Positions 1-9,480 of a stretch of DNA of 64,000 nucleotides are shown in pieces. The notes beneath the pieces are model-generated. The model did not search any database and was not told the origin of the DNA. It worked only from the letters and a program-made list of their open reading frames with translations. Each line of letters begins with the position of its first letter. Positions within the stretch are counted from its first letter, which is position 1. The DNA is from Candidatus Nomurabacteria bacterium (lineage in GTDB: Bacteria; Patescibacteriota; Minisyncoccia; Phycocordibacterales; UBA5272), in NCBI GenBank assembly GCA_040376695.1, contig JBEIQD010000001.1, positions 15,615 to 79,614 of the forward strand, read 5' to 3'. Made by a program: the position numbers and the translations under genes.

Positions 1-2
1 CA

Positions 3-374
3 GCGCTTCCTGTGGAAGAAGAGCTTTCAATGAAAGTGAAGGGTCGTGATTTTATTGCAGGGCTTCCTCGTACGGTTGAAATCAGAACGAATGAAATTGT
101 AAAAGCGATTGATAAAGAACTTCGTCTTATGATTAAGGCCATCAAGGATGTGCTTCAGGAAACTCCACCAGAACTTGCGTCAGATATTATTGATAACGGA
201 ATCATTATGTCAGGGGGAACATCAATGCTCCGTCACTTTCCAGATCTCGTAGAACGACGCACGGGAGTAAAGGCGGTTCTTGCAGATGATGCTTTCTATT
301 GTGTGGCAAAGGGAACAGGTATTGCACTTGAACACTTGGATACGTATAAGCGTTCTATCTTCGCAAAGAAATAA
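3..374 (+). CDS. mreB: MreB/Mbl actin-like protein, C-terminal part (gene starts before the window)
   Basis: KGRDFIAGLPR, LQETPPELASDI, SGGTSML and CVAKGTG are MreB C-terminal motifs; frame is open back to the window edge. Confidence 0.93.
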   Translation, partial: ALPVEEELSMKVKGRDFIAGLPRTVEIRTNEIVKAIDKELRLMIKAIKDVLQETPPELASDIIDNGIIMSGGTSMLRHFPDLVERRTGVKAVLADDAFYCVAKGTGIALEHLDTYKRSIFAKK

Positions 375-379
375 AGTTT

Positions 380-433
380 TTGCGTTTATGTTTTTCGAGT
401 GGTAGAGTTTCTTTAACTTTAGCTCTTTTGGAG
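380..433 (+). promoter_or_regulatory. sigma70-type promoter and SD of orphan gene
   Basis: TTGCGT(380-385)-17 bp-TAGAGT(403-408); GGAG at 430-433 before ATG 441. Confidence 0.55.
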
Positions 434-440
434 AATTACT

Positions 441-992
441 ATGTTTACTGATGATATCAAGGTTAAGGGAACTTGGTTCGTTCCACACTTTCCACCTCGG
501 GAAGACAAACCACTTGAAATGGCTATGGCCAGAGAGTGGAAGGAGTACATGTCATACGAAGATCACTTCAGCAGCGGTTGGAGTACTCGTCTGGCCGATT
601 ACATCCTTGGATCTATTCCTGGAGGGCAGAATGAGCGTACCGCACGCACTGCAGCTACATTTGCTCTGTATGTTGTCACTCCTGTTGGTCGTGGCTTCAT
701 GGATCCTGTTCTTAGAAAAGTCAGAGCAGAAGGGGAAGGCTCAGATTACGCGCGTATTGCTATTTCTGAGTGGGCGGTAGAGAACCGCCTTGGCAGTCTC
801 AGTGAGAACGCCTTGATAAAAATGGTTCGCGATTCCGAGGCGGTGCCGGTCTACAAACATAAGCCATATCCGACATTGCCTGACCATCGAGCTGTCGAAT
901 TGACTCTGTGTTTTCTGGTAAGCCCTGAAGGGCGGCAATTGCTGAGGCGAGTATGTCAATCAACGTCAACACCAAATTGGCTTCCTTTCTGA
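441..992 (+). CDS. Orphan hypothetical protein (183 aa) with an apparent two-fold internal helical repeat
   Basis: Own promoter, SD and terminator; fills the mreB-holB gap. Confidence 0.75.
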   Translation: MFTDDIKVKGTWFVPHFPPREDKPLEMAMAREWKEYMSYEDHFSSGWSTRLADYILGSIPGGQNERTARTAATFALYVVTPVGRGFMDPVLRKVRAEGEGSDYARIAISEWAVENRLGSLSENALIKMVRDSEAVPVYKHKPYPTLPDHRAVELTLCFLVSPEGRQLLRRVCQSTSTPNWLPF

Positions 993-1019
993 AAACGGCG
1001 CATAAGCGCCGTTTTTTTT
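992..1019 (+). terminator. Rho-independent terminator
   Basis: AAAACGGCGC-ATAA-GCGCCGTTTTTTTT directly at the stop codon. Confidence 0.8.
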
Positions 1020-1043
1020 ATTGCTTGATATATACTGTTCTAC

Positions 1044-1697
1044 ATGAAATTCTCTGAACTTCCACTTCATCATGCGGTTCTTATAACGCATCCGGATAGA
1101 GTTGTATATGGGGGTGAGCTTTGGGAAGAGCTGCAAAAGAGTTCTCCTGCTCATAAATATTTTAATCAAACCGTATTGGATATTGAGACTGCTCGAGATA
1201 TTATTTCTTTTGCACAAGCGGCATATAATGAAGAAAAGGTCGCACTCATTTCTTTTAATACGGTTTCGTTACCAGCACAGAATGCAATGCTTAAAGTTTT
1301 AGAAGAACCTCGAAGCGGTGTGCGATTTATTCTCCTCACTACCCATAAAAACACACTCATCGAAACGGTGCTTTCCCGAGTAAGGCATGTCCAGTTGGAT
1401 GGAGCGATTAATGTGGAAGAAAAACATGCACAGGAGTTTCTCTCAACATCTCCATCGTTCCGTGTAAAACTTTCTTTTGTTACAACGTTGCTTGCTGGCG
1501 TTGATGAAGAAGGAAGAAAAGACAGGGAGGCTGTTAAGACATTCATCCTTTCTCTTGTTGGAGTTCTTGCAGAGAATCATGTGGAAGCTCGATATATAAC
1601 TGAAACACTTGAGATTGCGTCCTATGCGTCAGACCCATCAGCTTCAGGAAAAGCTCTTATCGAGTACTTAGCGCTCTTATTGCCGCAAATCAAGTAG
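1044..1697 (+). CDS. holB: DNA polymerase III delta-prime-like clamp loader subunit (reduced form)
   Basis: AQNAMLKVLEEP...FILLT...LIETVLSRV signature; no intact Walker A or zinc module. Confidence 0.8.
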   Translation: MKFSELPLHHAVLITHPDRVVYGGELWEELQKSSPAHKYFNQTVLDIETARDIISFAQAAYNEEKVALISFNTVSLPAQNAMLKVLEEPRSGVRFILLTTHKNTLIETVLSRVRHVQLDGAINVEEKHAQEFLSTSPSFRVKLSFVTTLLAGVDEEGRKDREAVKTFILSLVGVLAENHVEARYITETLEIASYASDPSASGKALIEYLALLLPQIK

Positions 1698-1722
1698 TGG
1701 AGTACAATACAGCACACAAACT

Positions 1723-2277
1723 ATGGCATACAATTTTTCAGATATAGAAAAGAAGAAGGGGGATATAACAGAATGGCTCATGAGTGAGTATCGTTCTATT
1801 TCAACAGGAAGAGCTACTCCTGCGGTTTTGGATCTAGTACATGTTGACTTGTACGGTTCTCGTACTCCTATTGCTCACACAGGAAGTATTAATATTGAAG
1901 ATGCTCGTACTCTTCGCGTTGCTCCGTGGGACAAATCAATTATTGGACAGATGGAGAAAGCGGTTAACGATGCTGACCTTGGACTCTCTGTGTCATCGGA
2001 TGACGCTGGGCTTCGTATTCATTTTCCAATGCTTACAACAGAGACACGACAGAAACTTGTGAAGTTGCTTAAGGATAGATTGGAAGATGCTCGTGTTCGT
2101 GTTCGTTCACTTCGTGAAGATACGAACAAAGATATTGATGCTCGTGCTAAAGCTGGAGAGTATGGTGAAGATGAGCAGCATCGATATCGTGATGATATGC
2201 AAAAGATAGTGGATGGAGCAAATGCTGAACTCGAAGTGTTATTTGCAAAGAAGGAGAAAGAGGTGATGGGGGAGTAA
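1723..2277 (+). CDS. frr: Ribosome recycling factor
   Basis: STGRATPAVLD, APWDKS, EDARVRVRSLR; typical length. Confidence 0.95.
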   Translation: MAYNFSDIEKKKGDITEWLMSEYRSISTGRATPAVLDLVHVDLYGSRTPIAHTGSINIEDARTLRVAPWDKSIIGQMEKAVNDADLGLSVSSDDAGLRIHFPMLTTETRQKLVKLLKDRLEDARVRVRSLREDTNKDIDARAKAGEYGEDEQHRYRDDMQKIVDGANAELEVLFAKKEKEVMGE

Positions 2278-2295
2278 TTCGGAATTAAGAAAAGA

Positions 2296-2323
2296 AAAAA
2301 GCCACACGAGAGTGTGGCTTTTT
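2296..2323. terminator. Bidirectional terminator
   Basis: AAAAAGCCACAC-GAGA-GTGTGGCTTTTT between convergent genes. Confidence 0.8.
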
Positions 2324-2341
2324 AGTAGGCCCATGTTTGGG

Positions 2342-2602
2342 TCATGCGTTTCTGATGTGTCCATCCCATTGCTTCGGAGTGACCTTTTCTTTTGGTCTTT
2401 GGAAAGATTTGAGAAGTTCAATGAGTTGTTCACAGCCTCCTTTTGTTTTGTCGTAACAGTCAACCTGGTACGACTTATTTTCGAATTTGAAATCAGGTAA
2501 AGCTTTTTTAGACGTAGCCTGCTGTGCATCACTTGTAGTAGCAGTAATCATTGCCACCACAGTGATCAACAGAATCTTCACGGGTTTTTGCGAGTAGAAC
2601 AT
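2342..2602 (-). CDS. Orphan secreted hypothetical protein (86 aa, signal-peptide-like N-terminus)
   Basis: GGAGGAG SD (2605-2611, - strand); TTGACA(2668-2673)-17 bp-TATTGT promoter; KILLITVVAMITA...SDA N-terminus. Confidence 0.7.
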   Translation of the reverse strand: MFYSQKPVKILLITVVAMITATTSDAQQATSKKALPDFKFENKSYQVDCYDKTKGGCEQLIELLKSFQRPKEKVTPKQWDGHIRNA

Positions 2603-2727
2603 GTCTCCTCCGTAAGAGGTAAATTAAGGAATATGCCGAATATAACAATACGTCTTTAAGGTTGTATTGTCAATATTAGCAGGTTTTCATTCATGTTCAT
2701 TCGTTCAACTGCTATACTATTGTAATT

Positions 2728-3825
2728 ATGTCAGCTACAGCACTTTTTCTTTTCTTTATTATTTTATTAGCACTTGTTATTGTGCATGAATTTGGTCACT
2801 TCATTGTTGCTAAGTGGGTCGGTATGAGGGTTGATGAGTTTGCGTTCGGCTTCCCACCTCGATTATTTTCAAAGAAGAAAGGTGAAACAGTGTATGCCGT
2901 TAATGCATTACCTCTTGGTGGATATGTTTCAATTTGGGGAGAGAATGGTGAGCCAGATGACGAAGCAAAAACACACCCTCGAGCTTTTGGTAATCGTCCA
3001 AAGTGGGCGCAATTTCTTGTTCTTATTGCAGGGGTTGCAATGAACATGTTATTAGCGTGGTTTATTTTTATAGCTATTTCATTTGGAAGCATTCAAATGA
3101 GTACAAATGATCCAATCTATGGATCACGAGTTAAGAACGCCGCTATTATGGTGGTAGATGCAGCCCCTAATTCTCCGGCTCATTTAGCGGGCATTGTTCC
3201 AGGTTCTGTCATTACAAGTATAAAGAGTGGTACAGCTACAGCTAATCTTACTTCTGCTACATCAGTAATAGCGTTTATTGCTAGTCATCAGAATGATTCG
3301 TTTGCCATTACATATGTTAAACCGAACGGAACAAAAGCGGAGACTGTTGTTGCTGCTGTATATGGAATTACGCCTGATAAAAAAGCACTCGGAATAACTG
3401 TTGATACTGTCGGTGTAGTAAATACTTCTATTATAGAAGCTGTGAAGATTGGAACAGCTCGGACACAGGATATAACTATGATGACTCTCCAAGGTCTTTG
3501 GGCTCTAGTCTCTTCTATCGGCGGGGAAACAAATGTACTTGAATCTCTTTCTGGTCCAATTGGTATTGCGCGAATTGTTGGAGAGACAAGTGAGTATGGA
3601 TTGGCTGCAATACTTACTCTTGTTGCTATTCTTTCTATCAACCTTGCAGTATTTAACGCGCTTCCACTTCCAGCGCTCGACGGAGGAAGAATTGTCGTTG
3701 TGGTAATTGAAGTAATAAGTAGAAAGAAGATACCATTTAAGTATTATTCTTGGGTGAACGTAGCGGGATTTGTTGCACTGATGTTACTTTTGGTTGTGGT
3801 AACCATTAACGATGTGCGTAGATAG
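2728..3825 (+). CDS. rseP: RIP metalloprotease RseP (M50 family with PDZ domain)
   Basis: HEFGH zinc motif, PLGGYV, LSGPIGI, NALPLPALDGG. Confidence 0.93.
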   Translation: MSATALFLFFIILLALVIVHEFGHFIVAKWVGMRVDEFAFGFPPRLFSKKKGETVYAVNALPLGGYVSIWGENGEPDDEAKTHPRAFGNRPKWAQFLVLIAGVAMNMLLAWFIFIAISFGSIQMSTNDPIYGSRVKNAAIMVVDAAPNSPAHLAGIVPGSVITSIKSGTATANLTSATSVIAFIASHQNDSFAITYVKPNGTKAETVVAAVYGITPDKKALGITVDTVGVVNTSIIEAVKIGTARTQDITMMTLQGLWALVSSIGGETNVLESLSGPIGIARIVGETSEYGLAAILTLVAILSINLAVFNALPLPALDGGRIVVVVIEVISRKKIPFKYYSWVNVAGFVALMLLLVVVTINDVRR

Positions 3826-3860
3826 GATATCTCTTTATTTTCTTGTAGAATACTAACTAT

Positions 3861-5141
3861 ATGCGACAATCTAAACTTTATACAAAAACGAGAAAAGAAA
3901 CTCCCTCAGACGAAGTTTCAAAGAATGCGATCTTACTTACTCGTGCTGGATTTATTCATAAAGAAATGGCGGGAGTGTATACATTTCTTCCGTTGGGACT
4001 TCGTGTGCTTACTAAAATAGAAAATATCATTCGTCGTCAGATGGACACAATTGGTAATGAATTAGTTATGTCGTCTCTGTCTCCTCGGGAGCTGTGGGAG
4101 AAAACAGGACGCGCTGACGTAGTGGATGTGCTTATGAAAACGATGCCAGCAAACAAAGCATCTGAAGAAAAATCAACAAACTCATATATCCTTAATCCAA
4201 CACACGAAGAATTAATCACTCCTATCGCTGCTGAGTATGCTCGTTCATATAAGGATCTTCCGGCTGCTTTCTATCAAATACAAACAAAGTTTAGAAATGA
4301 AGCTCGTGCTAAGTCAGGACTTCTTCGTGGGCGTGAGTTTCGCATGAAGGATTTATATAGTTTCCATCGTGATGCTGCCGATTTGCAAAAATACTACGAA
4401 GAAGCAAAGCAGGTTTATATGAATATTTATTGTGAGCTTGGACTGGGAGATGATACGTTTATTACTGTTGCAGGAGGAGGGGATTTTACAAAAGAATTTT
4501 CTCATGAATTCCAGACGGTTACCGAAGCAGGGGAAGATGTTATTTATCTTGATCGTAAAAATAATATTGCGTATAACAAAGAGGTTGTTACAGAAGAGAA
4601 TGCACAACGTCTTTCCGTTGATTTCCAGTCATTAGAACAGGTGAAAGCATGTGAGGTTGGAAATATTTTCCCGCTTGGTACAAAATTCACACAAGCATTT
4701 GAATATACCTATACAGATGAAGAAGGAAAACAACAAGAAGTCCATATGGGTTGTTATGGAATTGGCCCATCACGCCTTATGGGAGTGATTACAGAAAAGT
4801 TTGCAGACGAAAAAGGTCTTGTGTGGCCGGCATCAATTGCACCATTTTCTCTTCACCTTATTTGTATTTCAAAAGAAAAAGACAGCGAAGCTTCAAAAAT
4901 TGCTGAAGGTATTTACCTTAAGTTAACAGCAGCACATGTTGAAGTACTCTTTGATGATCGTGAAGAGCAAGCTGGAAGTAAGTTCGCAGATAGTGATCTT
5001 ATCGGAATTCCTATGCGTGTCGTGGTGTCTGATAAATCATTGGAAAAGGGCGGGGTTGAAATAAAAGAGAGAACTTCTGGTACAGGTGAGATTGTAACAG
5101 TGGAACAACTTCTTAAAACGTATACACCTAACTGTGAGTAG
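3861..5141 (+). CDS. proS: Prolyl-tRNA synthetase (short form lacking INS editing domain)
   Basis: PTHEE, QIQTKFRNEAR..GLLRGREFRMKDLYSF, MGCYGIG, KFADSDLIG. Confidence 0.95.
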   Translation: MRQSKLYTKTRKETPSDEVSKNAILLTRAGFIHKEMAGVYTFLPLGLRVLTKIENIIRRQMDTIGNELVMSSLSPRELWEKTGRADVVDVLMKTMPANKASEEKSTNSYILNPTHEELITPIAAEYARSYKDLPAAFYQIQTKFRNEARAKSGLLRGREFRMKDLYSFHRDAADLQKYYEEAKQVYMNIYCELGLGDDTFITVAGGGDFTKEFSHEFQTVTEAGEDVIYLDRKNNIAYNKEVVTEENAQRLSVDFQSLEQVKACEVGNIFPLGTKFTQAFEYTYTDEEGKQQEVHMGCYGIGPSRLMGVITEKFADEKGLVWPASIAPFSLHLICISKEKDSEASKIAEGIYLKLTAAHVEVLFDDREEQAGSKFADSDLIGIPMRVVVSDKSLEKGGVEIKERTSGTGEIVTVEQLLKTYTPNCE

Positions 5142-5153
5142 AGAGAATAGGTA

Positions 5154-5188
5154 AACATACACCCCATCGTCACGATGGGGTGTATGTT
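5154..5188. terminator. Long inverted repeat (17-bp arms, 1-nt loop) after proS
   Basis: AACATACACCCCATCGT-C-ACGATGGGGTGTATGTT. Confidence 0.7.
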
Positions 5189-5264
5189 ATTGAGCTAAAA
5201 TTTCAACACAAAAAATTACACTGTCAATGAATACGGCACTTCATAAAAGTGATAGAATACTTCC

Positions 5265-6314
5265 ATGTTTGAGCGACTTTATAGGCAATTTTCCAATGAT
5301 ATTGGTATCGATTTAGGAACTGCAAATACCCTTGTGTACCTACGCGGGAGAGGTATTGTTATTAATGAACCATCTGTTGTCGCTCTCAATACAAAAACCT
5401 CTCGTGTTGTTGCTGTAGGAACAGAAGCAAAAGAAATGATGGGACGCACTCCATCTCATATTCGCATCGTCCGTCCGCTTGTTGATGGTGTGATTTCAGA
5501 TTATGAAGTAACAGAAGAGATGCTTTCATATTTGATTAACAAAGCGAACGATACAGATAGAAAACTATTTCGACCCCGAGTAGTAATTGGTATTCCTGTG
5601 GGGATTACTAACGTAGAAATGCGTGCTGTGTATGATGCGGCAAAGTCAGCTGGAGCTCGTGAGGTGTACATTGTTGAAGAACCTATGGCTGCAGCAATTG
5701 GAGTGCAGATGCCAATCCACGATCCAATCGGAAGTATGATTGTTGATATTGGAGGAGGGACAACTGATATCGCAGTTATTGCGCTAAGTGGAGTCGTACG
5801 TGCTAAGTCACTTAAAATTGCGGGAGATAAATTAACGCAAGATATTGTGAGTTACATGCGAGACGAGTTTAAGATGCTCATTGGGGAAAAAACTGGAGAG
5901 AATATTAAAATTGCAATTGGGTCTGCTCTGCCTGACGATGAAGGAGAAGAGCTTTCTGTTAAAGGAAGAGACTTGGTAACAGGTCTTCCTCGAGAAGCAA
6001 TTATTACAGATGTTGATATTCGCGAAGCGATGTATGGATCAATTTCTCAACTTGTTGATGCAATACGTGAAGTGCTTGAAACAACGCCGCCAGAAGTTCT
6101 TGCGGATATTATGCACAAAGGAATGACCGTTTCTGGTGGTGGTGCTTTAATTAGGAACCTTCCTCAGCTTCTTGAAATGCAATTGAAAGTTCCTGTCACT
6201 ATAGCGCTCGATCCTCTTACTGCTGTTGCTCGCGGTACAGGAGTTATACTTGAGCATATTGATACCTTTAAAGATGTCTTAGTACAAAACACAGATGAAA
6301 TATCTTTCAGATAA
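5265..6314 (+). CDS. mreB: Rod shape-determining protein MreB
   Basis: DIGIDLGTANT, EPSVVA, IVDIGGGTTD; precedes mreC. Confidence 0.97.
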   Translation: MFERLYRQFSNDIGIDLGTANTLVYLRGRGIVINEPSVVALNTKTSRVVAVGTEAKEMMGRTPSHIRIVRPLVDGVISDYEVTEEMLSYLINKANDTDRKLFRPRVVIGIPVGITNVEMRAVYDAAKSAGAREVYIVEEPMAAAIGVQMPIHDPIGSMIVDIGGGTTDIAVIALSGVVRAKSLKIAGDKLTQDIVSYMRDEFKMLIGEKTGENIKIAIGSALPDDEGEELSVKGRDLVTGLPREAIITDVDIREAMYGSISQLVDAIREVLETTPPEVLADIMHKGMTVSGGGALIRNLPQLLEMQLKVPVTIALDPLTAVARGTGVILEHIDTFKDVLVQNTDEISFR

Positions 6315-7098
6315 ATCCAAATCTCGTAGAAATTCATATCGTAATGCAGCTTTCTTTTTTATTGCATGTGTAGCATTTGTTTATTTTTGGCAACCAATAC
6401 GTGCTACTTTATATCCAATTATTGAACCAGTCGTACGCACCTATGGCGGGACAAAAGGCGCAGCAAGTTTTGTTCCTGAATTTTTCTCTACTTATTTCAG
6501 TACGCGCGGAGAACTTTCTGCAAAAAATAGTGATTTAGAAATTTCCATTGAACGTCTTGAAAATCAACTAGCAGAAAAAGCTGGCCTTCTTCGTGAATAC
6601 GAAGCATTAGCTAGTGGCACAACTACTGCAACAGACGCTTCTGTTATTGTTATGTACCCTGTAATGGAAGATGTAACAAAATTGTACTCAACTATTATCC
6701 TTTCAAAAGGATATAAAGATGGAATTGAAGTGGGAGGATTGGTATACGTTCGGGGGTTGCAACCAGTCTGTGAAATTATTGAAGTGTACGACAGAACATC
6801 GCTCTGCGAACTTCTTTCAAAAGGTAACAGAACGACAGAGGGTGTGACAGCAAGTTCAAGTATTACGTTATCCCTCGTTGGTAATGGAGGAGGTAATTAT
6901 ATTGGGACCACGGTAAAAGGTTCTCTTGTATACGTTGGAGAACAGGTGTACCTACGAAGTAACCCGTCGTATACGCTCGGTACTATTGTAAAAGTACAAG
7001 AAGATGACCAAGATACAGGGGCAAAAGTTTATATTCGAGGTGCTTACAATCCAGTGAACTCCTCAATCTTTTATTTGAACACTCGCTATGTCCCGTAA
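6295..7098 (+). CDS. mreC: Rod shape-determining protein MreC
   Basis: N-terminal TM, coiled coil, IILSKGYKDGI beta domain; located after mreB. Confidence 0.8.
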   Translation: MKYLSDKSKSRRNSYRNAAFFFIACVAFVYFWQPIRATLYPIIEPVVRTYGGTKGAASFVPEFFSTYFSTRGELSAKNSDLEISIERLENQLAEKAGLLREYEALASGTTTATDASVIVMYPVMEDVTKLYSTIILSKGYKDGIEVGGLVYVRGLQPVCEIIEVYDRTSLCELLSKGNRTTEGVTASSSITLSLVGNGGGNYIGTTVKGSLVYVGEQVYLRSNPSYTLGTIVKVQEDDQDTGAKVYIRGAYNPVNSSIFYLNTRYVP

Positions 7099-7240
7099 GT
7101 ATATTTTTTTTACACTTCTTGTCAGCGTTTCTTTCTTTATCGATCTTAGCTTAGGGGTTGGAAACTACCCAAAAATGCTACTCATGGTCTGTGCTATTAT
7201 AGCTATATATGAACTTGTTTCGCCGTACGTTTACACGTAA
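7088..7240 (+). CDS. Small two-TM protein (50 aa) at the mreD position, not in the ORF track
   Basis: MSRKYIFFTLLVSVSFFIDLSLGVGNYPKMLLMVCAIIAIYELVSPYVYT; overlaps the mreC stop and the PBP2 start. Confidence 0.55.
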   Translation: MSRKYIFFTLLVSVSFFIDLSLGVGNYPKMLLMVCAIIAIYELVSPYVYT

Positions 7241-8906
7241 AGCTCGCATTGCTGCATCTCATGAAATCTCTCCAGAAGATGTGTTTTTGGATTCTGAAAA
7301 TATTTCTAAATTAAATCTTAATCAGATGGAGGGACATCTGGAGAAACCGCTCAGCAAGTATGTGTTTTATTTCTCGGTGCTATTTATTTTCGTTCTGGTG
7401 GGCGGCTTTAGTGCACGTCTTTTTGCTATGCAGATAGTTGAAGGTAAATCATACAAAGAAAAAGCCGATAGGAATCACTTGAAGAGCACACCGATTTTTG
7501 CTCTCCGCGGAACTATTTCTGACAGAAATGGAAATCTTCTTGCATGGAATACGTTAGGTACAAGTACAAAAGAAGTTCCTGAGCGAACCTATACAAGCAC
7601 TGCTGGGTTTTCTCATTTATTAGGATATGTAAGTTACCCGAAGAAGGATTCATCAGGAATTTTTTGGCAGGAAGAATATATAGGGAAGGATGGAATTGAA
7701 AAACAATATCAAACCTTGTTACAAGGAGTTCCTGGAGAGAGAGTGATTGCAATAAATGCTCGGCAAGAAGTTGAAGCAGAAAACGTAACAGTTGATCCAA
7801 CACACGGAGAAAATATTCGTTTATCAATTGATGCCAGCGTGCAAGCAAAGCTCCAAGAGAGAATCAAAGCTCTCGCTCAAGATTATGGGTATGTTGCAGG
7901 AGCAGGAGCTATTATGGATATTCATACCGGGGAACTTCTTGCTCTTACTAGTTATCCAGAGTACGACAATAATCTTATTACTAATGCAAAAACTAAAGAA
8001 GAGAAGTCTCAGGTGGGAGATGATTTACTTGATAAACGTCAGAAGTTTCTTAATCGTGCGGTGAGCGGTTTATTTACTCCAGGATCAACGGTGAAACCAT
8101 TCATGGCAATTGCAGCTCTCATGGAGGGTGTTATTACTCCAGAAAAAAGTATTTTTAGCTCTGGTTCATTGGTGATTAAAAATAAGTATGGTGGTCCAGA
8201 CACAGTATTTAAGGACTGGAAAGCTCATGGGTATGTTGATATGAGAGAAGCGATTGCTGTTTCATCAGATGAATATTTTTATCAAATAGGTGGTGGATAC
8301 ATGGATCAACCAGGACTCGGTATCGATAGAATTAATACATATGCTTCTATGTTTGGTTTTGGAACTACTACAGGTGTTGATCTTCCGGGAGAAGAATATG
8401 GAGTTGTCCCATCTCAGGCATGGAAACAAAAAGTATTCGGTGAAGACTGGTTGGTAGGTAATACGTATCACACGTCTATCGGACAGTATGGATTTCAGCT
8501 AACTCCGCTGGAGCTCATTCGAGGGATTGCTTCTATCGCAAATGGGGGAAGTCTCGTTACCCCACACCTTCTTCTTGGTCTGCCAACCGAAACAACAGAG
8601 CTTCCTCTTAAAGAAAAAGACTTAAAGGTTATTCATGAGGGAATGAGGCGTGGTGTTCTTGAGGGTACCGGACGAGTGCTTAATATTCCTGGGGTGAACA
8701 TCGCATCAAAATCAGGAACAGCGGAGCTTGGCGTAAAAAAGGATTTAATAAATTCTTGGATTACAGGTTATTTTCCGTACGAAGAACCGAAATATGCTTT
8801 CGTGGTAATTATGGAAAAGGGGTCGGTAAAGAACCTTCACGGAGCTGTTTTTGCTGCAAGAGAGACCATTGAATGGATGAGAGATAACACTAATTACACG
8901 AAGTAG
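7209..8906 (+). CDS. mrdA: Penicillin-binding protein 2 (class B, elongasome)
   Basis: RGTISDRNG, STVK (SxxK), SSD, KSG motifs; mreBC context. Confidence 0.9.
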   Translation: MNLFRRTFTRKARIAASHEISPEDVFLDSENISKLNLNQMEGHLEKPLSKYVFYFSVLFIFVLVGGFSARLFAMQIVEGKSYKEKADRNHLKSTPIFALRGTISDRNGNLLAWNTLGTSTKEVPERTYTSTAGFSHLLGYVSYPKKDSSGIFWQEEYIGKDGIEKQYQTLLQGVPGERVIAINARQEVEAENVTVDPTHGENIRLSIDASVQAKLQERIKALAQDYGYVAGAGAIMDIHTGELLALTSYPEYDNNLITNAKTKEEKSQVGDDLLDKRQKFLNRAVSGLFTPGSTVKPFMAIAALMEGVITPEKSIFSSGSLVIKNKYGGPDTVFKDWKAHGYVDMREAIAVSSDEYFYQIGGGYMDQPGLGIDRINTYASMFGFGTTTGVDLPGEEYGVVPSQAWKQKVFGEDWLVGNTYHTSIGQYGFQLTPLELIRGIASIANGGSLVTPHLLLGLPTETTELPLKEKDLKVIHEGMRRGVLEGTGRVLNIPGVNIASKSGTAELGVKKDLINSWITGYFPYEEPKYAFVVIMEKGSVKNLHGAVFAARETIEWMRDNTNYTK

Positions 8907-8978
8907 TAGAAAAGAGACATTTGAGGTCTTGGTATGCAAAAAGGCTGAAATTATGATATACTTATACATAATAAAAAT

Positions 8979-9434
8979 ATGGAATATCTAACACCTGAAA
9001 AGAAAGTAGAGCTAGAAAATGAGCTTAATCAGCTTAAAACAGTGCGTCGTAAAGAAATTGCAGACGCTCTTGAGTATGCAAAGTCTTTAGGGGATTTATC
9101 TGAAAATGCTGAATATCATCAAGCTCGTGAGGACCAAGCAAATTGTGAAGATCGCATTGGGCATCTTGAACAGGTTCTTAAGAATGCTGTCATCATGGAT
9201 AAGCACCACTCTGGAACAGTTGAAGTGGGTACAACGGTAACTGTTGTTAAGAAGGGAGAAAAAGAAGCACGACAGTTTACACTTGTGGGAAGTGAAGAAG
9301 CCGATTCTATTGGAGGTAAAATTTCAAATGAATCTCCACTTGGAGCTGCTCTTCTCGGAAAGTCAAAAGGTGATACGGTAACATTTGATACACCAAAAGG
9401 GAAGACAGAATATACAATCAAATCGATTGCTTAA
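8979..9434 (+). CDS. greA: Transcription elongation factor GreA
   Basis: GDLSENAEY, ISNESPLGAALLG. Confidence 0.97.
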   Translation: MEYLTPEKKVELENELNQLKTVRRKEIADALEYAKSLGDLSENAEYHQAREDQANCEDRIGHLEQVLKNAVIMDKHHSGTVEVGTTVTVVKKGEKEARQFTLVGSEEADSIGGKISNESPLGAALLGKSKGDTVTFDTPKGKTEYTIKSIA

Positions 9435-9448
9435 CTTAATGAGAAAAT

Positions 9449-9476
9449 AAAAAAGCCGCGCGATGCGCGGTTTTTT
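9449..9476. terminator. Bidirectional terminator
   Basis: AAAAAAGCCGCGC-GAT-GCGCGGTTTTTT between convergent genes. Confidence 0.8.
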
Positions 9477-9480
9477 GTTT

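Noticed and set aside
3-6314. Two mreB paralogues 5 kb apart as a novelty
   Set aside because: Multiple MreB/Mbl paralogues are common; the copies are divergent, not a recent duplication.
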